From assembly GCA_965215705.1 (NCBI GenBank), contig CBDCEE010000008.1, positions 226,001-290,000 of the forward strand: a stretch of 64,000 nt of DNA. Reading direction: 5' to 3'. The notes beneath the pieces were generated by a model that was not told where the DNA came from, searched no databases, and saw only the letters and a program-made list of their open reading frames with translations. Below, in pieces: positions 1 through 9,670 of the stretch. Position numbers and translations under genes: made by a program. Within the stretch, counting starts at the first letter, position 1; each line of letters starts with the position of its first letter. This stretch comes from Sulfurovaceae bacterium (GTDB lineage: Bacteria > Campylobacterota > Campylobacteria > Campylobacterales > Sulfurovaceae).

Positions 1-369
1 AGCTTTTGTGTCTTCCGCCTTGGCTTTGGTTATTTTTCTCTTTTTGGTCATCTTCTTTTTTGTATCTGCTTTGGTTTTGGCTTTTGTACTTTTCTTCTTG
101 ACCACTTTTTTCACATCTTCCGCAGTTTTTACATCGCCTTTGATATTGGCTATCTTCTGCTCACCGATACCGTTGACACGCTCTTGAAGGTCTGCAAAAG
201 ATTTGAATTTACCTTTTCTTCTCTCTTTGATCAAGTCACCTGCAATCACTTCACCGATACCATTGATCTCCATCAGTTCCGCTTTTTTTGCACTGTTTAG
301 CTTGGTCAAGCTCATACCAAATGTCACTGTTGCAAAGAGCAACAATCCCGCAATAATTTTCTTTAACAT
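1..369 (-). CDS. ComEA-like helix-hairpin-helix DNA-binding protein (partial, C-terminus beyond the left edge)
   Basis: Not in the ORF track because no stop lies in the window. The reverse-strand ATG at 367-369 gives MLKKIIAGLLLFATVTFGMSLTKLNSAKKAELMEINGIGEVIAGDLIKERRKGKFKSFADLQERVNGIGEQKIANIKGD... This shows a signal peptide, two HhH GIG motifs and a Lys-rich tail. Confidence 0.6.
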   Translation of the reverse strand, partial: MLKKIIAGLLLFATVTFGMSLTKLNSAKKAELMEINGIGEVIAGDLIKERRKGKFKSFADLQERVNGIGEQKIANIKGDVKTAEDVKKVVKKKSTKAKTKADTKKKMTKKRKITKAKAEDTKA

Positions 370-429
370 ATCTACTCCTGTTTTGTTTTGATAACTATCA
401 GGGCTTCCCCCCTTAAATAGCTGCAATAA

Positions 430-2208
430 TTATACCACATTTTCATGTGTGAATTCTGGTACGATCTTCTGCAGCACCTCCATTTTATTGTCCGCTCCCA
501 ATAGTAACGCAATATCGTGAGTTAATTGTGAAATCGCATAGGCAGTAGGTTTGGCGATAAAGATAGAGCGATATCGGGTCTCCTTGTCACTCTCATCCAG
601 CAGTAGCTCCTCATAGAGCTTTTCTCCCGGTCTGAGTCCAGTGATCTCTATCTCTACCTCACCCTCTTTGCCGTAGAGACTGATCATCTGTTTTGCCAGG
701 TCCATGATCTTGATCGGCTCTCCCATGTCCAGGACAAACAGTTCACCACCCTTGGCGATTGCTGCTGCCTGAAGTACCAGTTGGCACGCCTCAGAGATAA
801 GCATAAAGTATCGATTGATCTCCGGATCTGTGACCGTCACAGGACCACCTCGTTCGATCTGCTGCTTGAACTTGGGGATCACTGAACCGCTAGACCCCAA
901 TACATTGCCAAATCGTACCGCAACGATCTCTGTGGCCTGGGCATCCACATTGTTGGCATAGAGCTCGACAACTCGTTTGGTCGCACCCATCACATTGGTG
1001 GGTCGTACTGCTTTGTCTGTAGAGATGACCACTACTTTTTCTACCTGGTATTGGATACTGAGATCGATCACATTGATACTGCCTTGAACATTATTGAATA
1101 TCGCCGATGCTTGATTGGCTTCACACAGTGGTACATGTTTATATGCAGCTGCATGGATCACAATATCTGGCTTCACTGCCTCCCATACCTTTTCAAGTGC
1201 TTCCCGGTTAGTAATGTCTATCAATTTGAGGATGGCCCCCTCAAGCTGTTCTCCTATCTGGTAAAGATTGTATTCACTGTTGTCCACCAGGATCAGTGAT
1301 GAGGCCCCAAATTTCTGAGACTGTCTGGCGATCTCAGAACCGATACTCCCTCCTGCTCCGGTGATCAGTACTGATTTGCCCTTGATAAAGTGTGCGATGG
1401 TCTCTGTATCTAGGTCTTTGGGGTGACGTGCCAACAGGTCTTCGATAGAGAGATCCTCCAGCTTGTCATACTCAGAACCCAATATTTTGACCTGTTTGAT
1501 CTCATTGACACCGGCGGCATTCAGGCGATTAACAAGCAGGTGCAGTGCCTTGGGAGGAAGATGCTGGGTAAGGATCGCTGCAGTGATCCCTTTTTGTGTG
1601 ACCAGCTGCTCTATCATACGGTTCTCATATACTTTGATATTGCTAATATAGGCATTACGTGTCATCTCATCATCAGATAATGAAATAATCGCCTGCGGGT
1701 AATAATCAATCTCACCTTTCAATGCACTCTGAATAATCGTGGAGCTTCTACTGTCAGCTCCCAGTATCAATGTCGGTGTGACACTATGTGTGCTTTTGCT
1801 CTCCACAAATACCCTTTTGGCGGCACGCAGTCCTCCCAGAAAGATCAAAGACAAGAAGAGGTCGATGATCATCACAGAGCGAGGGAACGGCACAAACTGC
1901 TCACTCAAAGAGAGATAGATCAATGCAAACAATCCATAAGCGATCAGATGCACCTTGACAATGCTCTTCGCCTCATAGAAACCAAAGAACCTCCATACAG
2001 AAAAATACAGTTCGAAGAGGTAGAAAAGCATTACTTTCAATCCGGCTATCACTATAAATACAAGCCAGAATGACTGTAGAAACTCAGAAGGAATACTAAA
2101 ATTAAAACGTAAGACATAGGCAAAATAGAGTGTAAACAGTGACAAAAGAATATCGGAGAGGATAAAGAAGAGTAGCCTCTTGAATGATGTCGGCTGTAAG
2201 AGACTCAT
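430..2208 (-). CDS. pglF: Membrane-anchored UDP-GlcNAc 4,6-dehydratase (PglF/CapD/WbpM family)
   Basis: 592 aa. It has N-terminal TM helices, a Rossmann TGAGGSIGSE motif and an MGATKR motif. It overlaps the upstream aminotransferase gene by 4 nt. Confidence 0.8.
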   Translation of the reverse strand: MSLLQPTSFKRLLFFILSDILLSLFTLYFAYVLRFNFSIPSEFLQSFWLVFIVIAGLKVMLFYLFELYFSVWRFFGFYEAKSIVKVHLIAYGLFALIYLSLSEQFVPFPRSVMIIDLFLSLIFLGGLRAAKRVFVESKSTHSVTPTLILGADSRSSTIIQSALKGEIDYYPQAIISLSDDEMTRNAYISNIKVYENRMIEQLVTQKGITAAILTQHLPPKALHLLVNRLNAAGVNEIKQVKILGSEYDKLEDLSIEDLLARHPKDLDTETIAHFIKGKSVLITGAGGSIGSEIARQSQKFGASSLILVDNSEYNLYQIGEQLEGAILKLIDITNREALEKVWEAVKPDIVIHAAAYKHVPLCEANQASAIFNNVQGSINVIDLSIQYQVEKVVVISTDKAVRPTNVMGATKRVVELYANNVDAQATEIVAVRFGNVLGSSGSVIPKFKQQIERGGPVTVTDPEINRYFMLISEACQLVLQAAAIAKGGELFVLDMGEPIKIMDLAKQMISLYGKEGEVEIEITGLRPGEKLYEELLLDESDKETRYRSIFIAKPTAYAISQLTHDIALLLGADNKMEVLQKIVPEFTHENVV

Positions 2209-3305
2209 CCTAGTACTCTTTTGATAGTGCTACATACCCGGAGTACCTCTTCATCACGCATGCTCGACCCACTAGGCAGACAGAGCCCCTGTTCAAAAAG
2301 TTTTTGACTGGTGCCATCCTCTGTCATTGCCGCATCTTTGAAAAGTGGTTGCAGATGCATCGGTTTCCACAAAGGACGGCTCTCTATATTCTCCTCTTCT
2401 AGTGCCGCTATGATCTTCTGAGGATCCGTATGTGCAAGTGTCAATGTCGTAAGCCATCTGTTTCCTCTACTCTCCTTGATCTCCGGCATCCATTTGATCT
2501 CTTCATATGCCTTAAGCGCCTCCTCATAGAGTGCAAAGATCTCTCTGTGCCTCTGCACTCTCTGTGTCAAGACCTCCATCTGTGCCACTCCGATCGCTGC
2601 GAGGATATTGGACATTCTATAGTTATAGCCGAACTCTTTGTGTTCATAGTGCAGAAAAGGCTCTTTGGCTTGGGTGGAGAGAAATCTGGCTTTCTCGATC
2701 CATGCTTCATGGTCACTGATGAGCATCCCCCCTCCTGAAGTGGAGAGTATTTTGTTGCCATTAAAACTATATACTCCCATATCGGCAAATGTTCCGCTTT
2801 GTCTACCATGATAGGATGCACCTAGAGATTCTGCTGCATCTTCTATCAGATAGATCCCCTCTGCCTTACAGATGGCAATAATCTCATCCAGTTTACACAG
2901 TTGCCCATAAAGGTGCGTGATGATCAATGCTTTGGGTTTTTGGGGTGCTTTCTGGATGGCTGCTTTCAATAGCTGAGGTGAGATATTCCAACTCTCATCA
3001 CTATCCACAAACATCGGACTGGCACCCTGATAAAGGATCGCATTGACCGAACCGATAAAAGTAAAACTCGAGGCGAGTACAACATCTCCCGTACCAATAC
3101 CCAGTACACGCAATGCCAAATGTAACCCTGCTGTAGCAGAAGAGAGTGCCAAGGCATGCGAAGTTCCCGTATATGCCTTAATGCTCTCTTCAAAGCGATC
3201 CACAAAGGCCCCCAAAGGTGCAATATAGTTGCTCTCAAAGACCTCAGCAATATACTGCTGCTCTTTGCCACTCATATGAGGTGGGGAGAGAAATATTCTG
3301 TCCAT
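2205..3305 (-). CDS. DegT/DnrJ/EryC1-type PLP sugar aminotransferase (PglE/WbpE-like)
   Basis: 366 aa. SFNGNKILSTSGGGML carries the PLP-lysine context. It sits between the PglC-like and PglF-like genes. The regiospecificity (C4 versus C3) cannot be decided from sequence. Confidence 0.8.
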   Translation of the reverse strand: MDRIFLSPPHMSGKEQQYIAEVFESNYIAPLGAFVDRFEESIKAYTGTSHALALSSATAGLHLALRVLGIGTGDVVLASSFTFIGSVNAILYQGASPMFVDSDESWNISPQLLKAAIQKAPQKPKALIITHLYGQLCKLDEIIAICKAEGIYLIEDAAESLGASYHGRQSGTFADMGVYSFNGNKILSTSGGGMLISDHEAWIEKARFLSTQAKEPFLHYEHKEFGYNYRMSNILAAIGVAQMEVLTQRVQRHREIFALYEEALKAYEEIKWMPEIKESRGNRWLTTLTLAHTDPQKIIAALEEENIESRPLWKPMHLQPLFKDAAMTEDGTSQKLFEQGLCLPSGSSMRDEEVLRVCSTIKRVLG

Positions 3306-3309
3306 CTGT

Positions 3310-3909
3310 CTATCCTGTCACTGTTTTGATAATGTAGTGTATATCTTTTTTGAGTGACCAGTGCTTGATATAGGCTTTGTTGATCGCTACTTTATCTGGC
3401 CAAATCACTTCTCTATTATAGCGTTCCGGGTCTTTCTCTTTGGCTAGGATCTCCTCTTCATCTTTGTATTTCAATGAAGCGGGGCCTGTAATCCCCGGCC
3501 GCATAGTGAGAATAGCTCTATCCTCCCCCTCTAGCCTGTCTGCAAATCCGGGGACATCCGGTCTAGGGCCGACAAAACTCATCGAACCAAACAGTACATT
3601 TAAAAGCTGAGGAAGCTCATCGATTTTTGTTTTTCTGAAAAACATACCACTTTTAGTAATGCGACTGTCTCCACTGGTAGTTACTGTGGTATCCACACCA
3701 ACGATAGGCTTCATACTCTTAATCTTCAGCACATCAAAGGGCTTCCCCTCTCTGCCGATACGCTTTTGCATAAAAAGCCCATTGCTTTTTGTCTCTATAG
3801 AAGCAATGATCCAGGCGAGTATGATAAGCCACCATAACAGACCTATCCCAACCAGCGATAGAATGATGTCAAAGGATCGTTTTTTTATGCGCTCTGTACT
3901 GCTTAGCAT
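3310..3909 (-). CDS. pglC: Small polyprenyl-phosphate sugar-1-phosphate transferase (PglC-like initiating enzyme)
   Basis: 199 aa with a single N-terminal TM segment. The KIDELPQL and FVGPRP motifs match the bacterial sugar transferase family. Confidence 0.8.
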   Translation of the reverse strand: MLSSTERIKKRSFDIILSLVGIGLLWWLIILAWIIASIETKSNGLFMQKRIGREGKPFDVLKIKSMKPIVGVDTTVTTSGDSRITKSGMFFRKTKIDELPQLLNVLFGSMSFVGPRPDVPGFADRLEGEDRAILTMRPGITGPASLKYKDEEEILAKEKDPERYNREVIWPDKVAINKAYIKHWSLKKDIHYIIKTVTG

Positions 3910-6324
3910 CTATTTCTTTAATTTATAAATTTTACTATCTGGGGAGGAGACCACTAGTTCAAAAAGTGCTTTATCATATTTTCCCAGTATGAACATCTGT
4001 ACATACATAGATTCAAATGTCTGTACATCCATCACAATAAATCTCCCATAGCTTTTCATATATACAACCATATACTCCCCATCTCTATGATAGGATTGGG
4101 ACTGTAAAATGACTTTGCTGCTATTCGTATTTTGTGTCACGATAAAGTTTTTCACCTTTTCTTGCTTGCCACGGATCAGAATCTCACCTTTTTGAGCATT
4201 AAAGAGAACCCCATTGGCAAACCTTATCATCCCTCCTTTACTTGAGATGGCATTGGTAGGATAGAAGCTTGCATCTCTTAGCGTTTTCCCCGTATTGAGA
4301 TCAAGATTCCCAAAAACCATTACCGTAGGAAAGATATTGAGCATACGGTAAGGCATATAAAGATAGATCTCTCTTGTCTTTTTAGGAAGAGTATAGGTAT
4401 TGTCTTCTAGCTCGGATAAAAGAAGATTGGGGTCTAGCTGATCTGGCTGTCCATTTCTAAATAACACATCTGCAGCAATAGAGTAATTGGAATCCACATA
4501 GGTCTCTACCGCCAACCGGCTAAGGTTTGCTGCTAACTCGGGAGAGTTGGTCTGCATGATCTTGGAGATGATAAAGTTATCATTGTTATGCTTTCCTCCA
4601 TCAATAAGCGTGGAAGTATCAGAGTAATACCATACAGGATAACCATAGTCCCACCATGTCAAGGTATAGTCTTTGGAGGAGGCGAGCTGATTGAGCTTGT
4701 CAAGATCCTGAACCTCTGCCTTCTTCAGTACCGTTGGTACTTTATAGCCAATAATATGTGTAATATTGGGCAACAAGAACAGCATCGTCAATGCGATAAT
4801 ATAGAACCATTTTTCTATATGGTATTTATTTCTCTTCACCGCATATGCGAGAAGCGTAAAAAGAAGGATAAAAGTAAACGCGATATAGATATCATAAAAC
4901 TCTACTCTCGCTGCACTTAGCCCTTGTGTGAACATCTCACCAAAAACTGATATGGCGCCTTTTATCACGCGGGAGAAGGCTGTAGAAAAAGCACTTACTT
5001 TTTCTACAAAGCTAGCATTTCCCATATTGGGCATATAGCGCCATACCAAAGTGAAGAGTTGTTCGAGGAAAAAGAGTATGGAGAGAATCACAGAAAAAGG
5101 TATCAGCTTATTTTTGACTTTCTCTATGTCAGCGATATAGTAAAAAAGATAGATGAGAGACAGTGCAGCCATGGGCACAGCATAGACGGTAAACCTAAGA
5201 CCCCCTGCCAGTGCGAACACCCCTATACCCACCAAGGGAAGTGCCAATATAAATGCACGATATCGCATGACCAGCACCATATATCCAACCAGCGACAAAA
5301 TCACACCCAATTGAGAACCGGAAATACGGTTTGCAAATGTTGAGAAAGGGATCTCTCCGGCTTCACGAACAGTTTGAACAACAGAGTAAAAATGCAGTCC
5401 ACTCTCTTTTGTCCCAGTTGAGATATAGTTTGCTATTTTCCCTAGAACCAGATGGAGTACATTCCCAAAAAATAGAAATGCGACAAAAAGTACTCCGGTA
5501 ATAAGCATTAATCGCTTCTGATCCAATGTTGATCTTTTTAAGATAACATAGAGAAGTATCAATACAAGGATCTTCGCAAGGTAAGAGAAAGGCGAAGCTA
5601 GAGGAAAAGGCAAAAGAGCCACAAAGATCAAGATCAAAGAGAGGTAGGTAGTATTGTCATTTCGATGATAAAAGGTCATATACAGCGCATACATAATCCC
5701 CATTGCATACACAACAGAAAGCCCAGCATCATAAAGGAAAGGGTAGATCGCTATCGTAATAGCCGCATAGAGGGCAGACCGTAGATTGAAATCTATGGTA
5801 CTCTTCATCAAAAAGAATAAGATAAACATAGGCGCCATAGCGGAGAACATATCAGTATCATAGTATCCTGCCATGGTTCGGTTATAATAACTCCAGGTAA
5901 TCGCACCCAGTAAAGCTGCAAAGAATCCCCATAAAGACCTGCCATAAAGCCTTGCTATCAAGATAATGGGTACCACCACCAAACTGGAGATGATCGCAGG
6001 CATATAAAGAGTGACAGTTTCTAATGAGAAAGGGGTGATTTTAGTCAAGAGTGTTGTAAAAAAGATCACGCCATAATCCCACATACCAAATACCCGAGGG
6101 TTCTCTGTATGCAGACCAAAAAGTTCTTTCTGTGCCCCTGAAGCAAAGAAATAACCATCATTAGTATTGATCATCAGTTGACCATTCCACAAGAAGCTTG
6201 GGTTATCTTGAAGCTGATATATCCAGATCATACGAATCGCAAAGCTAAAGGCATATGCCAAAAGCATCAATCCAAATACCTGTCCGGTAGTTATTTGATT
6301 GGTACCCAATTTATTTTGATTCAC
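3910..6324 (-). CDS. pglB: STT3-type N-oligosaccharyltransferase PglB
   Basis: 804 aa with a multi-TM N-terminal half. The periplasmic domain carries WWDYGY and DGGKH motifs (LTWWDYGYPVWYYSDTSTLIDGGKHNNDN). Confidence 0.85.
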   Translation of the reverse strand: MNQNKLGTNQITTGQVFGLMLLAYAFSFAIRMIWIYQLQDNPSFLWNGQLMINTNDGYFFASGAQKELFGLHTENPRVFGMWDYGVIFFTTLLTKITPFSLETVTLYMPAIISSLVVVPIILIARLYGRSLWGFFAALLGAITWSYYNRTMAGYYDTDMFSAMAPMFILFFLMKSTIDFNLRSALYAAITIAIYPFLYDAGLSVVYAMGIMYALYMTFYHRNDNTTYLSLILIFVALLPFPLASPFSYLAKILVLILLYVILKRSTLDQKRLMLITGVLFVAFLFFGNVLHLVLGKIANYISTGTKESGLHFYSVVQTVREAGEIPFSTFANRISGSQLGVILSLVGYMVLVMRYRAFILALPLVGIGVFALAGGLRFTVYAVPMAALSLIYLFYYIADIEKVKNKLIPFSVILSILFFLEQLFTLVWRYMPNMGNASFVEKVSAFSTAFSRVIKGAISVFGEMFTQGLSAARVEFYDIYIAFTFILLFTLLAYAVKRNKYHIEKWFYIIALTMLFLLPNITHIIGYKVPTVLKKAEVQDLDKLNQLASSKDYTLTWWDYGYPVWYYSDTSTLIDGGKHNNDNFIISKIMQTNSPELAANLSRLAVETYVDSNYSIAADVLFRNGQPDQLDPNLLLSELEDNTYTLPKKTREIYLYMPYRMLNIFPTVMVFGNLDLNTGKTLRDASFYPTNAISSKGGMIRFANGVLFNAQKGEILIRGKQEKVKNFIVTQNTNSSKVILQSQSYHRDGEYMVVYMKSYGRFIVMDVQTFESMYVQMFILGKYDKALFELVVSSPDSKIYKLKK

Positions 6325-7346
6325 TTTTTACCTTTTATATACTGATTCATGATACTAAAAATACCCATAAGCGATCCTACCCCATACGAAAAATGAAGGG
6401 TTAAAAAGCTCATGATTAAATATTTGAGAGTATTGACATTATTTTTTAATCTAAAACTTATGATTATAACCAAAGAGAGATAACTAACTAATGAGAGAGC
6501 ACTTACCCATACTATCTTAGGAAAAACAAAGGCTATCCCCATAGGTATGAGTAGAGATAAAATAAAAAACAGTGGAATAAAATGTCGTAAGCTTAATGAG
6601 TGCAATGTCTTTGTATAGTAAGCAGTTAATATATTCCAAAAGCCATTTTGGTACTGGTTTTTAGCTAAAGCAGAAAAATCTTCCCTTGCATAGTAAGTAC
6701 ATTGTATACTTGGGATAAGATATATTTTTCCACCACCATTTACAATACGTTTATTGAGCTCTATATCTTGGTTTCGTATCAGTCTTTCATCAAACAATCC
6801 ATAGGTATCAAATACACTTCTTCGGTAACATCCAAATGCCACAGTGTCTACTTCTGTAACTTCATTACAACCTGTTCTAAACATAGCATTCCCTACACCA
6901 AATTTATGCATCAATACTTCTTTGATAGACAAAGATTTTTTATTTTTATTTTTGACATTGGTTAAGAGTATACCTCCCACACAGTCTGCATCCAAATGTT
7001 GTATATTTTCTACTAATTTTATGAAGTAGTTTTTCCCATATTCTGCATGTGCAGAGAGGATAAACACAAATTCTCCACTACTTGCTTCTATCCCTAAATT
7101 CATGCCGATAGGTGTATCTTTTTGTCTGTTTTCAAGGATAGAGATAAAGGGGTATTTACTATGATACGCTTGCACTAATTTTCTCGTACTATCTTCACTC
7201 ATACCATCTACAACAAAAATTTCTATCTTTTCATTAGGATAATCTGCATCTAGTATAGAATCCACACATGATGAAATATATTTTTCTTCATTTAGTGTGG
7301 GGATAATGATAGAGATACGAGGTATGGTATTATGCATCGTCTTCAT
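6321..7346 (-). CDS. Family 2 glycosyltransferase with C-terminal TM helices
   Basis: 341 aa. ISIIIPTLNEE and VVDGMSEDST are GT2 signatures. It overlaps pglB by 4 nt. Confidence 0.75.
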   Translation of the reverse strand: MKTMHNTIPRISIIIPTLNEEKYISSCVDSILDADYPNEKIEIFVVDGMSEDSTRKLVQAYHSKYPFISILENRQKDTPIGMNLGIEASSGEFVFILSAHAEYGKNYFIKLVENIQHLDADCVGGILLTNVKNKNKKSLSIKEVLMHKFGVGNAMFRTGCNEVTEVDTVAFGCYRRSVFDTYGLFDERLIRNQDIELNKRIVNGGGKIYLIPSIQCTYYAREDFSALAKNQYQNGFWNILTAYYTKTLHSLSLRHFIPLFFILSLLIPMGIAFVFPKIVWVSALSLVSYLSLVIIISFRLKNNVNTLKYLIMSFLTLHFSYGVGSLMGIFSIMNQYIKGKK

Positions 7347-7827
7347 TCACTATTCTAATAGGTATGCCTACTGCCTTAGTATTATCAGGGATACTACTAT
7401 TGACCAAACTTCCTGCACCAACAATACTCTTTTCACCAATGATGATACCCTCTTTTGTCGATAAGATATTACATCTCATACCTATGTATGCCCCTTGCTT
7501 TATATGTATCATGGTGTGCTCTTGGTCTTTCCCATGAGAAGCAAAATAACAGCCATAAGAGATCGTCACATTCTCCTCTATGATCATTTTCTCTATGGCA
7601 ACATCATCCAGATAGCACTTCATCCCTATAAAAACATTTTTTCCTATATTAAACCCTATCATTCGGTATAGTGCGACCCGTAGATTTGTAAACGGTACAT
7701 TCGGTATGATCACCACATTGATATATTTTCGGATGGGTTTCCAGATGATGGTTGTTAAAGGATATTTCGCATAGTACGGTGGTTCTTTTTTGAGTACTTT
7801 CTTATAAAACTGTTCAACCATATACAT
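7330..7827 (-). CDS. Left-handed beta-helix (hexapeptide) acyltransferase
   Basis: 165 aa. Hexapeptide repeats are visible (IGKNVFIG, IGMRCNI, IGEKSIVGAGSLV). It overlaps both neighbouring genes. Confidence 0.7.
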   Translation of the reverse strand: MYMVEQFYKKVLKKEPPYYAKYPLTTIIWKPIRKYINVVIIPNVPFTNLRVALYRMIGFNIGKNVFIGMKCYLDDVAIEKMIIEENVTISYGCYFASHGKDQEHTMIHIKQGAYIGMRCNILSTKEGIIIGEKSIVGAGSLVNSSIPDNTKAVGIPIRIVNEDDA

Positions 7828-9659
7828 TATGCATCTTCTTTGTATAGCTTTGGTATAGCATTCACTATGTTGATCACTTCTGTAAAATCCATCCCTAAGG
7901 TATCCAGATACCAGCGAATATTTTGATATCTTGGACGATTTTCATCCTTCACCAGTGCCAATGCCTCTTCTCGTGTGATATCCCCTTCTCGGATCTGATT
8001 ACTCCTAAAGGTATCATGCTCCGTAAATCCGGCAACAGTATAGTACACATAGTTATAGAACCCTGCTGTACCATCTCCGATTCTCCATGTCGTACTTGTA
8101 TCTATAGCAGTCTCCCAACCGTAACCATCTATCAAAGTACTGTTTACCTCATTTTCATCCCATCGCCAATAGTCAAAGATATGATAATAATCTTTCTTTT
8201 CAGTAAAACTTCTATAATATTCTCCTGAAAGTGTATCCCATAAAGAGCTATTAAAATAACCTGGGCTTTCCAGCATTGCCTTAAATCGTTTTGAATGATA
8301 CCTAAGTTGCTTCATAGCACCATGACTATAGACTCTCTTCTCTTCAAAATCCGGAGGTATGCCCAAAAATCCTGTTTTGAAATGCGTCACTTCCAGAGGA
8401 TTTACTCCCCAAAGGTTCAACTGGATGCCTGTTTGCTTTTTCACTGTTTCCACATGCCTAAAAAAGTGTTTGTCACCCGCAGTTAGCATCGCCATCATAC
8501 CCAGATGTGGAGACTTGAGCCATGCCTCTAAATTCATTTTTATATTTTTTCTTTTTTGTGAGATATCGGCAGCAATAATGATATTCTCTACACCCATATC
8601 TCCACACATCTGACTGATATTACGTCGTCCCAGATCTGTTACCATCCCCCAGTCATAGGTATATGTTATCGGTTTCATTTCAAGCTCTTTGACGATGAGA
8701 TGTAACCCATAACAGCTATCACGCCCTCCGGAGAACGGCACGATGCAATCCTCCCCATTTTCACGGCGGTAGGATTCTACTAATTTAAATAGTTCTTCTT
8801 TAGGTCTAGGCCTATTGCGTAACTTATAGTTATGACAATAGTTACACACTCCTTCTTCATCAAACTTGATATACGGCATCGTTTCAGGCAAGATACAGCG
8901 GGTACACCGTCTGATACCTTTATTCTCCACATATTCCAACAGATGCTCTTCTGTTTTGTTAAATTTGAATTCCGGTATGAGGTCTTCTGTTCTATGTGAT
9001 TCATCACGGATAGCCATCTCTTCTTGTGAACTTGGAATCTCTATAAAAAAAGCCTCTTCCCTGACTTGTTGTATATCCGAACACATGATCTGAGTGAGGG
9101 GGTATCTCTCAGATGCAAAGTATATATCGCCCTCTTTGTTGCCTGTATATAAACTACCATTGTTAGAAAAAAGCAGGATCTTCCCTTGCTCGGGAACCAC
9201 CAGTGCACAGGCGATAATGCCACGACAAAGAGAAAAAATCTTCTCTGGTACTGCGGCAAGGTCTCCCCCCTCTTCCAAATGCTCCTGTGCGATCGCAACG
9301 ATCAACTCTGAGTCGATCTGAAGCGTTCTCTGTGCATTGATCTTCTCCCATACTTCCGCTTCATTCACAATGATCCCATTGTGTATAGCACAGATATGCT
9401 CTCTCACTACCGGCTGATTATCCCCCAGCCCATTGGTGATCAGCCTGCTATGCCCCAATACGACCTTTGAAGAGAATGGCTGTACTTTTTTGAGGAGTTT
9501 TTCAATCTTATAATCAGCACGATATACCTTATAGCTATCCTTTTCATAGCAGATCAAACCACTCGAATCCATACCGCGTTGTTCAGAATGCTTTACCAGT
9601 GTTTCAATATCTTCTTGATTGACTCTCTCGGGTGAAACCTGCCCAAATATACCGCACAT
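7827..9659 (-). CDS. Fusion protein: class-II (Ntn) glutamine amidotransferase domain plus a PP-loop N-acetyl-sugar amidotransferase domain (WbpG-like)
   Basis: 610 aa. The N-terminus MCGIFG has the Cys2 nucleophile seen in AsnB/GlmS/PurF. The C-terminal half has a CxxC...CxxC ribbon (CTRCILPE...CNYCHNY) and the PP-loop SGGRDS. Confidence 0.7.
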   Translation of the reverse strand: MCGIFGQVSPERVNQEDIETLVKHSEQRGMDSSGLICYEKDSYKVYRADYKIEKLLKKVQPFSSKVVLGHSRLITNGLGDNQPVVREHICAIHNGIIVNEAEVWEKINAQRTLQIDSELIVAIAQEHLEEGGDLAAVPEKIFSLCRGIIACALVVPEQGKILLFSNNGSLYTGNKEGDIYFASERYPLTQIMCSDIQQVREEAFFIEIPSSQEEMAIRDESHRTEDLIPEFKFNKTEEHLLEYVENKGIRRCTRCILPETMPYIKFDEEGVCNYCHNYKLRNRPRPKEELFKLVESYRRENGEDCIVPFSGGRDSCYGLHLIVKELEMKPITYTYDWGMVTDLGRRNISQMCGDMGVENIIIAADISQKRKNIKMNLEAWLKSPHLGMMAMLTAGDKHFFRHVETVKKQTGIQLNLWGVNPLEVTHFKTGFLGIPPDFEEKRVYSHGAMKQLRYHSKRFKAMLESPGYFNSSLWDTLSGEYYRSFTEKKDYYHIFDYWRWDENEVNSTLIDGYGWETAIDTSTTWRIGDGTAGFYNYVYYTVAGFTEHDTFRSNQIREGDITREEALALVKDENRPRYQNIRWYLDTLGMDFTEVINIVNAIPKLYKEDA

Positions 9660-9670
9660 CCAATGTCCTT

